Positions 41,614 through 52,471 of a stretch of DNA of 64,000 nt are shown piece by piece. Position numbers and translations under genes: made by a program. Position 1 is the first letter of the stretch. Every line of letters starts with the position of its first letter. This stretch comes from Macrostomum hystrix (lineage: Eukaryota > Animalia > Platyhelminthes). The stretch is taken from NCBI GenBank assembly GCA_950097015.1, contig CATNEN010000025.1, positions 1,860,001 through 1,924,000 of the forward strand. Direction: 5' to 3'. The notes beneath the pieces were generated by a model, which was not told where the DNA came from, ran no database searches, and was given only the letters and a program-made list of their open reading frames with translations.

Positions 41614-41880
41614 TGGGGTATTTCAAATACTTCCCGATAGCTGCCAAACCGAATGACCTATTTTCTCTACGAAAGTCCGCCATTGAATCCAAATTTTCCG
41701 CACTTGACGATGAAATAATTTTCGAAGCCAGCATTCGATGTCAGCATTGTCGGAGATGCTGGTGGCAAGGTCAACTAACATTGCTCTATATAAACTCTAT
41801 GACGAATTTATATTGGTTCAAAAGTATAATACAACAAATAAATGATACAATAATTAACAATATTAGCCGTCTAACAATAA
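41614..41880 (+). mobile_element. GGGG(T)ATTTCAAA-family MITE, left part only
   Basis: Starts ggggtatttcaaatac and follows 40052 onward with deletions. Confidence 0.7.
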
Positions 41881-41889
41881 AAGCCACAA

Positions 41890-42750
41890 TGTGCCTGGTT
41901 GATGGCGCCTGCCCGAAATTCTGTCGCGCCCCCCGTCCCAGTCGCCATGGAAGCGGCTGTCAATGCCGAATTGGAAAAATGGCAGACATTAGGAGTCATT
42001 ACGCCTGTCGATGGCCCGGTGAGTAACGCGTCACCGGTTGTATGGGTCAAAAAGAAGGATGGCTCACTAAGAATGTGTGCCGATTACAGCGTTCACGTCA
42101 ACTCTCAAATCAAGTCCGACGCGTACCCGATCCCGAACATTGAGTGTCTCTTTGCTAAGCTAAAAAACGCTAAGACGTTCGCTTCCGTTGATCTCCGCTC
42201 TGCTTATTGGCAGATCGAACTCGATGAGGCCGCGAAGGATCTGTCTACCATCAACACCTCGAAAGGTCTCTTCCGGGTAAACCGACTCCAGATGGGTATG
42301 AAAAACTTGTCATTCATCTTTCAACGCGTGATGGAGAACATCCTCGAGGATGTCAAAGGCGTTTTGGTTTATCAGGACGACGTGCTTGTATTTGCTGAAA
42401 ATTCATCTTCCCTGCAAAAGAGGCTTCGAGCTGTAAAAACGCGGCTTTCTGAGAAAAACGTCACAGTCAATGAGGGCAAATGTATCGAAGAATTTGATGA
42501 GATATCATTCCTAGGCTTTCGGATCTCAGCGGCTGGCATTCGACCAGATGACCGACTGGTGCAAAAGATCATGGGCATCGCAACTCCAGCCAACAAGAAA
42601 GAACTGGAGCAATTTCTCGGCCTCGTAAACTTTTTCGGTCGACTAATCCCAAATTTCGCTAGAAAAACCAGGAGTCTTCACGGTCTTCGACGAGATGACG
42701 CTCCTTTCGCATGGACCACTGAATGCGAGGAGGCTTTTGTGTAGCTCAAA
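41890..42750 (+). mobile_element. Ty3/gypsy reverse transcriptase fragment
   Basis: ASPVVWVKKKDGSLRMCADY..YPIP..VDLRSAYWQI..TINTSKGLF..RL.MG..YQDDVLV..FLGF..FLGLVNFF; no LTR, gag or integrase seen nearby. Confidence 0.92.
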
Positions 42751-43332
42751 AGGTAAATCTCTAGTCTATGGCCAAGGGCGCGAGGGCTATTAAGACTGAG
42801 GCTATGTCAGAATGTTCACAATTAATTAATGTCCATTATCTTTTCTTCACCTCAGGAGTAGTGTCTATGGTTTTATATTTCGGCATTCGATTTGGAAGCT
42901 GATTGAGCATTCTGGTGTATTCTGTGGTAAACCCCTTTACTGTGTTTTGCTCATCCACTCTACCACACACTTCATTCCGAAATTTCTACTAAAGCAATTC
43001 CTATCTGATGTAACTTATTGGGACACAAGTTCTTCTTGGATTCGCTAAACAATTTCACATTGTGAAATTCATTAATTTTCTGTATTTTTAGATTGAGACC
43101 CTGGATCTTAAACGAACGATTTGCGATGCAGCATATGTAAGAAATATTTCAATGATAATCTTGCCCAGCTCAGAGATATGCACTTTATCAACTGAAACAA
43201 CTACGACAAACAGACAGTACGAATGCGATCTAATTTTATTGCGAAAATTACGAAAGCTCTTTCTCCTATCAGAAGGAAATTCTCTCAACCAAACGGTGAC
43301 ACCCACTCGCAGTAGCCTCCAGCTGCGTACTT

Positions 43333-44069
43333 TTAGTTTTTAACGGGTACGTCAAGTAATTTATTGCTTTTGTCAACTGCTGCTGCGTCTTCAACTCCAG
43401 CTGTTGCACTTCTACCGTTGTTGGGCTCTTCGCTGCTCCACAGGCTGGCAGAGATGTTCAGACCGCAGCTGGCCCACTGCCAGCCTCCCGATGGCTCCTG
43501 ACTGCCCGGAAGCTGCTGACCACCAACGTAAATCGAGTAGTAGCCAGACATGCTTGACAACTTGCTGTCAACCACCTGTCCCACTCTGACCAGCTCGGTG
43601 CTGTCCATCACGTCAGCCATGATGACGAGTCCTGACTCCGCATCGCACATTTCCTTGCACTTTGTCCAGTTTCCCACACAGCTCATGAACTTGTACTTGG
43701 TGCCGCACAGGTCGTCAGCGTAGCCAGCAGGACACAGAGCTCCGGGTGGCAGTCCCGACTGCTGTCTCACAAACACCTGAGCTGTGCGAGTGCAGCTGCA
43801 GTCTCTCACGTTCTTGCTGCACCTGTGGAACACGAACAGCTTGCACGGACCATCGGACATGCTGAGAGCCTGGCAGTGAGCAGTCTTTGCACACAGCAGC
43901 GAGCACTCCAGTAGAGACGCAGCCTGAGAGTGAGTTCGCACGAAGTGGCTTCTCACGCAGCTCAGATCGGTCCCCGGATGGAATGAGAGCTATTGCTGCA
44001 GTCAACTCTGGTTGCTTCGAGAAGCTCGAAGACTGTCAGAAGCCAAACTAGAAAATGCAGAACCTGCAT
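43333..44069 (-). pseudogene. PAN + C-type lectin copy C: 1-nt deletion after the signal peptide and truncated 3' end
   Basis: ATG 44069 gives leader MQVLHFLVWLLTVFELLEA. TGCAGCAATAGC-TCTCATTC has lost one base versus copies B and D, giving an early stop. Similarity ends at PVKN* (43333), without the terminal YCEC. Confidence 0.8.
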
Positions 44070-45399
44070 TATGAGTCGAGGGCTGTACAATGTTCCAAAT
44101 ATATTTTCTGAGACGCTGAGATTGCATGTGAATTTCGCTGTGTTTTCTTCAACTCTAGGAAAATTGAGTAGGAGGAGGCCGATGCTGTATTATACCTTTT
44201 TGTACCGTTCTGCCTTTTAATGTTTTATCTGAAAAACTCTGGCGATATAACCCATGGCATTTAATGCATTCTTCCTCGCTGGCAACTGAGCTGTTTCCTT
44301 TTAGCTCGACTTGCCAATGCTAGGGCCCGCTTAACTTGCCGCTGCCTGATCGTTGGCAGCCAATAAACCATGATTGTTGTCTTGGTAACAGTGAGTGGGG
44401 CGCTGAGCTGTCTTCATCCTAAAGCAACCTAATGCTTGCACGGGCAGGAATGATTGTCAAGGCACTCAACACATCGAACTCATCGAATCGTGCATCTTGT
44501 CGGAAAAAAACTCTAAAATCGCCGAAAGGAGCTCATGACCTCTCTCTAGTTGTATTGGAAATCTATCGAATCGCGAGAGAAGTGAAACGAATTTGGCACG
44601 GTTCGTCGAGGATCTAAGCCAAGATTTTTCAGTATCAACAATCGTCACAGTCCAATCTTAGAATCAGCAGCGTGGGTGTTTGAGTAGACAAATAAGTCAG
44701 AAATCTTGCAGAACTCATGCCAATCAAAAGCTTTTAACCAGCCTAATTTTGACTGCCATCGAAGAGCATTAAACGCTTTTCGTGGATTCTAAAGCAACTG
44801 CTTTTTTAAATAGCAAAATGGGTTGAACGCCTTAGCTGCTGCAGTGTCAGGCAGACGGGCAGACAGTATTAGCATCCGGTATCGCTAACATGCGGTCCTA
44901 CTCCAGAGAGAGCAGAGCGCGAGTGTCGGTTCTTTCTGAGCTCATCCAGAAAGCCAGCTATTTAGCAGTTTTTATAAAAAGGCTTGGGGTTGACAACCAT
45001 CGTGGCTTCCAAGATCTAAGTATATAACAATGTGTTGTTAAAAAAAAAAAATAATATATAAAAAAAAAAATCAGCACCCATAGATGGCGTGCGCGTTTTA
45101 ATAATAATAATAATAATAATAATATAACCGAGTAGTATTGCAGAGCAGGCCAGGGAACCTCTTGTTTTGAACAGTTCCGTGGAGGAAGGCCGGGGGTAAA
45201 TTGTCAGATGCTGGCAAATAGAAAGACGAGATTGAATTTGCAGCCACTCAGAGTCAGTCTTTTTAGCCTAGGAGCAGTGCAGTCCATGACTTAAGAAAGC
45301 GGTTAACATTTTTGGAACAACATTTTATAGTTTAAATATACGCCATCTTACTCATACTCATATCATACATTATACAAAACACACAAGGGGTTTGGTCAG

Positions 45400-46697
45400 A
45401 ACGCGCGGTTTGACGGTGTGACTCCCGGTTTTAAGGTCAGGGGTTCGATTACCAACTCCACTGAAATACGGGGGGTGTCCCAGAAATAGCGGGAAAATCG
45501 ATGCACAGGCAAACTGGTGAAACATAGTTTATTGAAACTCACGTCACTGATAAATAAACATTCAGCAGTTCTAACGCTTTTTTAATCAAGTAAAAATGTC
45601 AATTCATTAAAAAGTTATGGCTAAAATAAGAACAAGGGGTAAGGGGTAGAGTTTCACCAAGTCAAGACCCCAACCTAAGTTTGTCCTTAAAACAAAATTT
45701 TTGCGACAAAAGAAAATGAGCAGAAGCATCAGTGAACAGAAGCAGAAAAAGGCAACAGACGAGCAGAGAAGCGTGAGCACCAGAATCAAAATAAGCCCAA
45801 GCTGACGCAAGAAATACCCGTGGCACCAACGACAGCAAGCACGAGACTTCGCGAATATCGACATTTTGTGCGCCTCGACAAGACGCCGCTGTTGAGTTTG
45901 GATTTTTTCATTTTCCCTTGTTCAATCCTTCAATGCTTAGCGCTTCGTCCAAAGAAGGTCAGCTCCAGTTCGTGTACTCCCAATGGAAATCGGGCAAGCG
46001 AGGCAGTGAAATTGTAAGCCAGCTGACTGAAATCCACGGAGTGAGTGCCATCTCGAAGAGTGCCTGTCTATCGCTGGCTTGAAGAGTTCAGTCATGGGCG
46101 AACAGACGTTGCCGATGACACAGCCAACCGTGGCCGTCCGATCTCTCCATCAACAAAGGCACAGATTCAAAGGGTGAATGCAGATGCCATCAATGCGCTT
46201 CTCACGCGATGGACTATGTGCTGCGAGCTAAGGGGGGGACTTCGTCGAAAAGTCGTCAGTCGCCGGCGATGGCGATGCTGCGTGACCGATTCCGCTGGCC
46301 TTGACTTGGTGTAACTCTACCCCTTACCCCTTGCTCTAATTTTAGCCATAACTTTTTAATGAATTGACATTTTTACTTGATTAAAAAAGCGTTAGAACTG
46401 CTGAATGTTTATTTATCAGTGACGTGAGTTTAAATAAACTATGTTTCACCAGTTTGCCTGTACATCGATTTTCCCCGCTATTTCTGAGACCCCGCTAACC
46501 CTACGTAATTCGTGTCCCTTAGAATGATTTTAACTCTGTATTGATTCAGTTCACCCAGTTAAATGGGTACCAGCATCAGCTGGTGTAATTGAAGGTGGGT
46601 GTGGCGTCCCCCAGTCCATGGACTGAACAGCCGTACGCAGCCTTCAGATGCACCGCGCAATAGCTGCGGCTGTGCTGTCGGCTGCACATCTGGCCCT
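45400..46697 (+). mobile_element. SINE family 1 copy split by the mariner insertion
   Basis: Head at about 45400-45466 (ggttcgattaccaactccactg); central and 3' blocks resume at 46508-46697. Confidence 0.75.
45469..46505 (+). mobile_element. Internally deleted mariner-like transposon with about 190-bp TIRs
   Basis: Long inverted repeats (about 45480-45667 and 46303-46492), TA on both sides, a frameshifted HTH remnant (..EIHGVSAISKS / VYRWLEEFSHGRTDVADD..RGRP) joined to a C-terminal remnant (AINALLTRWTMCCELRG). Confidence 0.85.
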
Positions 46698-46939
46698 AAG
46701 GTTTCGCGTTTCATAAAATGGAGGGCAAATAGAATTATTAAAGAGTAGCCAAAGCTAGTTTTACTCAGAGTAGTAACGACTGTATTTTGTCAATAATACT
46801 CTCACGAAAAATGAACTGTTATATCTTTTTGGTAAAATCTGCAAATTGAATGAACCAAAGAGTTATTTTTAGTGATAAATGCGATCAAGAGCCGACAATA
46901 GGTTATAATTTTCCTGTGATTTGTATATTCCAATTAAAG

Positions 46940-47045
46940 ACAGCTGGGTGAGCTGAATAAATGCAGAAATAAGTCTCTTCGAGTCCGGAATCGAACCCCC
47001 TACCTCCAGGCCGTGAATCCGACGCTCTAATCACTAGGCTACAAA
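46940..47045 (-). mobile_element. SINE family 1, 3'-truncated copy
   Basis: Reverse complement reads ttgtagcctagtgattagagcgtcgga...ggttcgattccggactc...cagctcacccagctgt. Confidence 0.75.
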
Positions 47046-47909
47046 CGCTACTTGACTACAACAATGTGGCAGCAACGCCAAACCTCACCATCCGCCCTCC
47101 AATCAGCTGAACGCTTAATATGCGCTACTAAAGTACATGTGAAACAGCACCCAGCAACGCATCCGATCTGATGTTCTATCATGATAGCTTCCATTGTGAT
47201 ATGGGGATAGAATTCTGATAGCAAACGATTATCAAACTCCCTGCGTGCATTGTATAGATTCTACATGTGAGATACTTGCGTGTTTTGTTCTACTCATTTT
47301 GGACTCTCAAATAAAAAGCGTTGGCAGCCGTTATTGTAAAATAGACATCAACAGGCAAAATTTCCGCGGAAGATTGTAAAACTTTTTTTGGCGCTTGTCA
47401 AAATTAATGCTGGTTATAAAAATTAACTCCGAAGTGGCATTGAAAAACGGAAACATTGTAAGTTTTTAGCCAGGGTCCGGGTCTGCCTTTGGTAGATTAG
47501 TGCTTAGCAATACCCGGAGCGTAAATGACATGGCAAATACGCTCGTACGATGATTACGCTAGTATATGAAGTTAATGGTGAAGAATAATTAATAAAATTA
47601 AAATCGAATTGTGAATACACGGTTCATGTTTTCCAATGTAAGCTATTGTTCCAGAAAATGCGAAGCATAAAATCGCGTGTCCGACAGCATATTTAATATG
47701 GCAGGCTGATTGCAGCCTAGCTCAATTCCTGTCTGTCCGATTGGGAAGGCCTACAGATGGCAGTCGATTGGCTGCCGGCTTAAGTATAAAAAGCTTATCC
47801 CAAATCGAAATCATAAATAGACCGAGGAGCCAAGTACGATCGTATTTAAAGTAGCTAGCATTTGAAATCCAGTCATCAATTACGTCTCATCCGTTCCTGG
47901 TTTAGAAAG

Positions 47910-48869
47910 ATGAAGCTTTGCAGTTTCCTGCTTTTCGCACTGACTGCGACTCGACTCGAGGGCAGCAGCGGCTGCAGCAATAGGGTCTCATTACACCCGG
48001 TGACCGCTCTGAGCTGTGTGAGAAGTGACTTCGTGCAAACTCACTCTGAGGCTGCGTCTCTGCTGGAGTGCTCGCTGCTGTGTGCAAAGACTGCTCACTG
48101 CCAGGCTCTCAGCATGTCCGATGGTCCGTGCAAGCTGTTCGTGTTCCACAGGTGCAGCAAGAACGTGAGAGACTGCAGCTGCACTCGCACAGCTCAGGTG
48201 TTTGTGAGACAGCAGTCGGGACTGCCGCCCGGAGCTCTGTGTCCTGCTGGCTACGCTGACGACCTGTGCGGCACCAAGTACAAGTTCATGAGCTGTGCGA
48301 AAAACTGGACAAAGTGCAAGGAAATGTGCGATGCGGAGTCAGGACTCGTCATCATGGCTGACGTGATGGACAGCACCGAGCTGGTCAGAGTGGGACAGCT
48401 GGTTGACAGCAAGTTATCAAGCATGTCTGGCTACTACTCAATTTACGTTGGCGGTCAGCAGCTTCCGGGCAGTCAGGAGCCATCGGGAGGCTGGCAGTGG
48501 GCCAGCTGCGGTCTGAAGCTCACCCAGCTGTCTTTAATTGGAATATACAAATCACAGGAAAATTATAACCTATTGTCGGCTCTTGATCGCATTTATCACT
48601 AAAAATAACTCTTTGGTTCATTCAATTTGCAGATTTTACCAAAAAGATATAACAGTTCATTTTTCGTGAGAGTATTATTGACAAAATACAGTCGTTACTA
48701 CTCTGCCAGCCTGTGGGGCAGCCGAGAGCCCAACAATGGTGGAAGTGCAACAGCTGGAGTTGAAGACGCAGCAGGAGTTGCCAGATTAAACCAGTTCATT
48801 GACTTACCCATTGAAAACTACAATTTGGCAGGTGGAGGCTACTGCGAGTGCGTGTCACCGTTTGATTGA
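47910..48869 (+). pseudogene. PAN + C-type lectin copy D, interrupted by a 189-bp insertion (48517-48705)
   Basis: Leader MKLCSFLLFALTATR. The lectin sequence stops at WQWASCGL, the insert introduces a stop at 48602, and the lectin resumes at SASLWGSREPNN..YCECVSPFD*. Confidence 0.85.
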
Positions 48870-49021
48870 CGTCGTCATTTCTGCAGCCTGGGATGCAGCA
48901 TTATTCTCAAAACAGCCTAAGATTGTCTAAATAAAAACTTGTTTTCGCTGAGACCAACAACGGTGGCAGTGGCGGGGAAAGAAGTGTAATTTTCCTAATT
49001 TTTCTTTAAACGCTTGTGACC

Positions 49022-49175
49022 TGGATGCCATGTGCGATGGTCTATGCACCGCCTGTGCCCACCATGTGCGATGGTCCAAGCACCGCCTGTGCCCACCATG
49101 TGCGATGGTCCATGTACCGCCTGTGCTGCCCACCATGTGCGATGGTCCATGCACCGCCTGTGCCCACCATGTGCC
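49022..49175. repeat. About 34-bp tandem repeat (ccatgtgcgatggtccatgcaccgcctgtgccca) x~4.5
   Basis: Directly visible. Confidence 0.9.
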
Positions 49176-49278
49176 AGCTCTCTGATAAATGTACTAGTTT
49201 CGGACCTTTGCTATTCTTTGTTTTTGCTCTCTGGATAGAACTGGCCGCTGCAATGTTCTGCTTAACAGTAGAACTACC

Positions 49279-49770
49279 TAGGGGGGAATCCCCCCTGACA
49301 ATTTTTTTGCAGCACCCGAACGGAACAATGCAAGCAGGTGAAACTCAAGAACACGGGCCAAATTTTTGTTGCGCATCTTCTGAAACAAGAAACAAGTCAT
49401 ATATTCAATGTTTTTGGCCGAAGGTCCGACTTTTCCCATAAGAGCTAGTGTATTTCATACACCCCTATACACGAATTTGCACTGCGCCTCAGTGCGGCCT
49501 TGCCAGGCCTTCAAAATTGATCAGCATGTCACCCGACTGTGCCTGCATCATCTCCGTCTTCGGTGGTCACCTACCTTTATCTAGACAGACTGCTGGACCT
49601 TCAAGGGCTACAACAGGTGGAACTAAGCTACTATGGACACCCTGACGCGAATTTCTCAAATTTCAATGCTCAAGCCAAAATATTAGGCGCAGCTCAACCA
49701 CAGGACACCATCGCCTAGTCTGTCAACCAATCAGTCACCACCCAACGCTGTTAGCATTCGGGCGCTGCCA
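49279..49770 (+). mobile_element. CCAAGGGGGG-family MITE copy
   Basis: Collinear similarity to 19584-20046. Confidence 0.78.
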
Positions 49771-50294
49771 ATCAACCCACATTTTCCTACATGCAAGCTG
49801 CTCCAAAGACCCCTCTTAAGTATCTGGTCGGCTGACCTAAACTTGCTATTTTATCTTTTTTTATATTTTCCAATTTACACTTTCCGCATGGCAACCAGCA
49901 TCGATTTAGGCAAGGACTAAAAGTGCTGGTTGATATCTCCCAGGAGAAATATTTTTGCAGCTGCCTATTTTATTACTTCAATGTAACGACTGCGAAAAAT
50001 ATTACAAGCTATAACATAAGCGTAACTAGATACAATAAGAGCTCCTAGGCATTGTTGTGCGCCTATCTTTCTCTCTCCCAGAGTTGCGATTGGCTGGTCA
50101 TGACTGGGAAGAAAAAATAATCTGATAATCTATAAATAATAATAAGAATAAAATAATAATAAAATACATTACATTCAAATGTATTGTATAATTTTTAATT
50201 GTTTTAACTAGACAATCCGACAACAATGGATGCCGCATCTGATTCAATAAAAAATGCTTATATTCTATATAGGCGCAGCAATTGACTACAGTTA

Positions 50295-50375
50295 AATATT
50301 TATTGACTTACCTATTGAAAACTAAAATTTTGCAGCTGGAGGCTATTGCGAGTGCGTGTCACCGTTTGATTGACG
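50295..50375 (+). pseudogene. Lectin relic E: isolated 3' end
   Basis: attgacttacctattgaaaacta...ggaggctattgcgagtgcgtgtcaccgtttgattgacgt matches the last ~80 nt of copy D. Confidence 0.8.
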
Positions 50376-50844
50376 TTTGACCCGTCCAACCACACTTGTA
50401 AGCTGCACTCAAGCATGGCTCAGTGAGCAGAGCTCACAATTCTGCTACTTCTTTAGACAAAGCCAGCGAGCATCTTAGTGAGGCCGACAGAGAGTTTTCC
50501 TGTGCAGCTTTTGATGGCAGAAGCAATCGATTTGCATAGAGAAAATTGCCAATACGTGTCACCCATTGAATGAGGCCCAGGCTTTGTATGCGTAAAATTT
50601 CCTTATTTTTTAAGCTGACTCGTAAAATCCTGCCTTTAAGAAAGATGAAAAAACCTGAGTATATGCTTTTTTGTAAAGCTTTTAGAATTGTTTCTCTCCA
50701 TTCATCCGGATACTTCATGGCTCTAGGCTGGCACAATGCAGAAGGTTAGAAGTAGACGCATTCCGTTTAACCTCTCTGGAATTCAATGCTTTGCAACTTT
50801 TTTATCTTATTGTAAGAGAATATTGTCATTTTACTATAACAGTC

Positions 50845-50930
50845 AGCTTAGAATAACGAAGATAACGAGTCCTGATCGCACATTTCCTTGTACCAAGTCG
50901 CTTCTCACGCAGTTCAGAGCGTTCACAGCT
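50845..50930 (-). pseudogene. Lectin relic F: internally deleted fragment
   Basis: Reverse complement reads gctctgaactgcgtgagaagcgactt (PAN start) joined to caaggaaatgtgcgat-caggactcgttatc (CTLD helix 1 region). Confidence 0.55.
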
Positions 50931-51054
50931 ACTTTTGAATTTAATCCCCAGCTTGGCCCGGCCTATTGGCTATTAATTCTGTGCATTTATTACTAATCGG
51001 CCTAGGCCTTTAAATCATTTAACGGCCTAGGCCGATTAAACATATAGTCTATGG

Positions 51055-52471
51055 CAGGGGTCGGCAAACTCCGGCCCGCGGGCCAGATCCGGCCCTCGAA
51101 GCTCCCAAATCCGGCCCGTTGCCCCTTCCGACACTTATAGTATCTTGTTTCATCTCTCCTGTGTCGCATCTCTCCCGTGTCTCATCTCTCCTGTGTCGCA
51201 TCTCTCCTGTGTCTCATCTCTCCTGTGTCGCATCTCTCCTGTGTCTCTTCTCTCCTGTGTCTCATCTCTCCTGTGTCTCTTCTCTCATGTGTCTCATCTC
51301 TCCTGTGCCTCTTCTCTCCTGTGTCTCATCTCTCCTGTGTCTCTTCTTTCCGAGTGTCTCATCTCTCCTGTGTCGCATCTCTCCTGTGCCGCATCTCTCC
51401 TGTGTCGCATCTCTTCTGTGTGTCTTCTTTCCGAGTGTCTCATCTCTCCTGTGCCTCTTCTCTCCTGTGTCTCATCTCTCCAGTGTCTCTTCTTTCCGAG
51501 TGTCTCATCTCTCCTGTGTCGCATCTCTCCTGTGTCTCTTCTCTCCTGTGTCTCATCTCTCCTGTGTCTCTTCTCTCCTGTGTCTCATCTCTCCTGTGCC
51601 TCTTCTCTCCTGTGTCTCATCTCTCCTGTGTCGCATCTCTCCTGTGTCTCTTCTCTCCTGTGTCTCATCTCTCCTGTGTCTCTTCTCTCCTGTGTCTCAT
51701 CTCTCCTGTGCCTCTTCTCTCCTGTGTCTCATCTCTCCTGTGTCTCTTCTTTCCGAGTGTCTCATCTCTCCTGTGTCGCATCTCTCCTGTGTCTCTTCTC
51801 TCCTGTGTCTCATCTCTCCTGTGTCTCTTCTCTCCTGTGTCTCATCTCTCCTGTGCCTCTTCTCTCCTGTGTCTCATCTCTCCTGTGTCTCTTCTTTCCG
51901 AGTGTCTCATCTCTCCTGTGTCGCATCTCTCCTGTGTCTCTTCTCTCCTGTGTCTCTTCTCTCCTGTGTCTCATCTCTCCTGTGCCTCTTCTCTCCTATG
52001 TCTCATCTCTCCTGTGTCTCTTCTTTCCGAGTGTCTCATCTCTCCTGTGTCGCATCTCTCCTGTGCCGCATCTCTCCTGTGTCTCTTCTCTCCTGTGTCT
52101 CATCTCTCCTGTGCCTCTTCTCTCCTATGTCTCATCTCTCCTGTGTGTCTTCTTTCCGAGTGTCTCATCTCTCCTGTGCCTCTTCTCTCCTGTGTCTCAT
52201 CTCTCCTGTGTCTCTTCTTTCCGAGTGTCTCATCTCTCCTGTGTCTTTTCTCTCCTGTGTCTCATCTCTCCTGTGTCTCATCTCTCCTGTGTCTCTTCTC
52301 TCCTGTGTCTCATCTCTCCTGTGTCTCTTCTCTCCTGTGTCTCATCTCTCCTGTGTCTCTTCTCTCCTGTCTCATCTCTCCCCTATCTCACATTTCTACA
52401 ATCAATGCGGCCCGCTGTAGTATTTTACGTTTTCTCTTTGGCCCGCTAGCTAATAAGTTTGCCGAACCCTG
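51055..52471 (+). mobile_element. hAT-type MITE (same family as 21994-22236) carrying a ~1.25-kb internal minisatellite
   Basis: TIR CAGGGGTCGGCAAACT / AGTTTGCCGAACCCTG; 8-bp TSD GTCTATGG (51047-51054 and 52472-52479); unique ends match the 243-bp copy in reverse complement. Confidence 0.93.
51145..52382. repeat. 16-bp minisatellite (ctcatctctcctgtgt / ctcttctctcctgtgt, with recurring tctttccgagtgt variants), about 75-80 units
   Basis: Directly visible; it produces stop-free frames with 16-aa periodicity. Confidence 0.97.

Noticed and set aside
48517-48705. Lectin D insert as an intron
   Set aside because: No GT/GC-AG boundaries restore the frame, and it is an inverted copy of 46766-46954.
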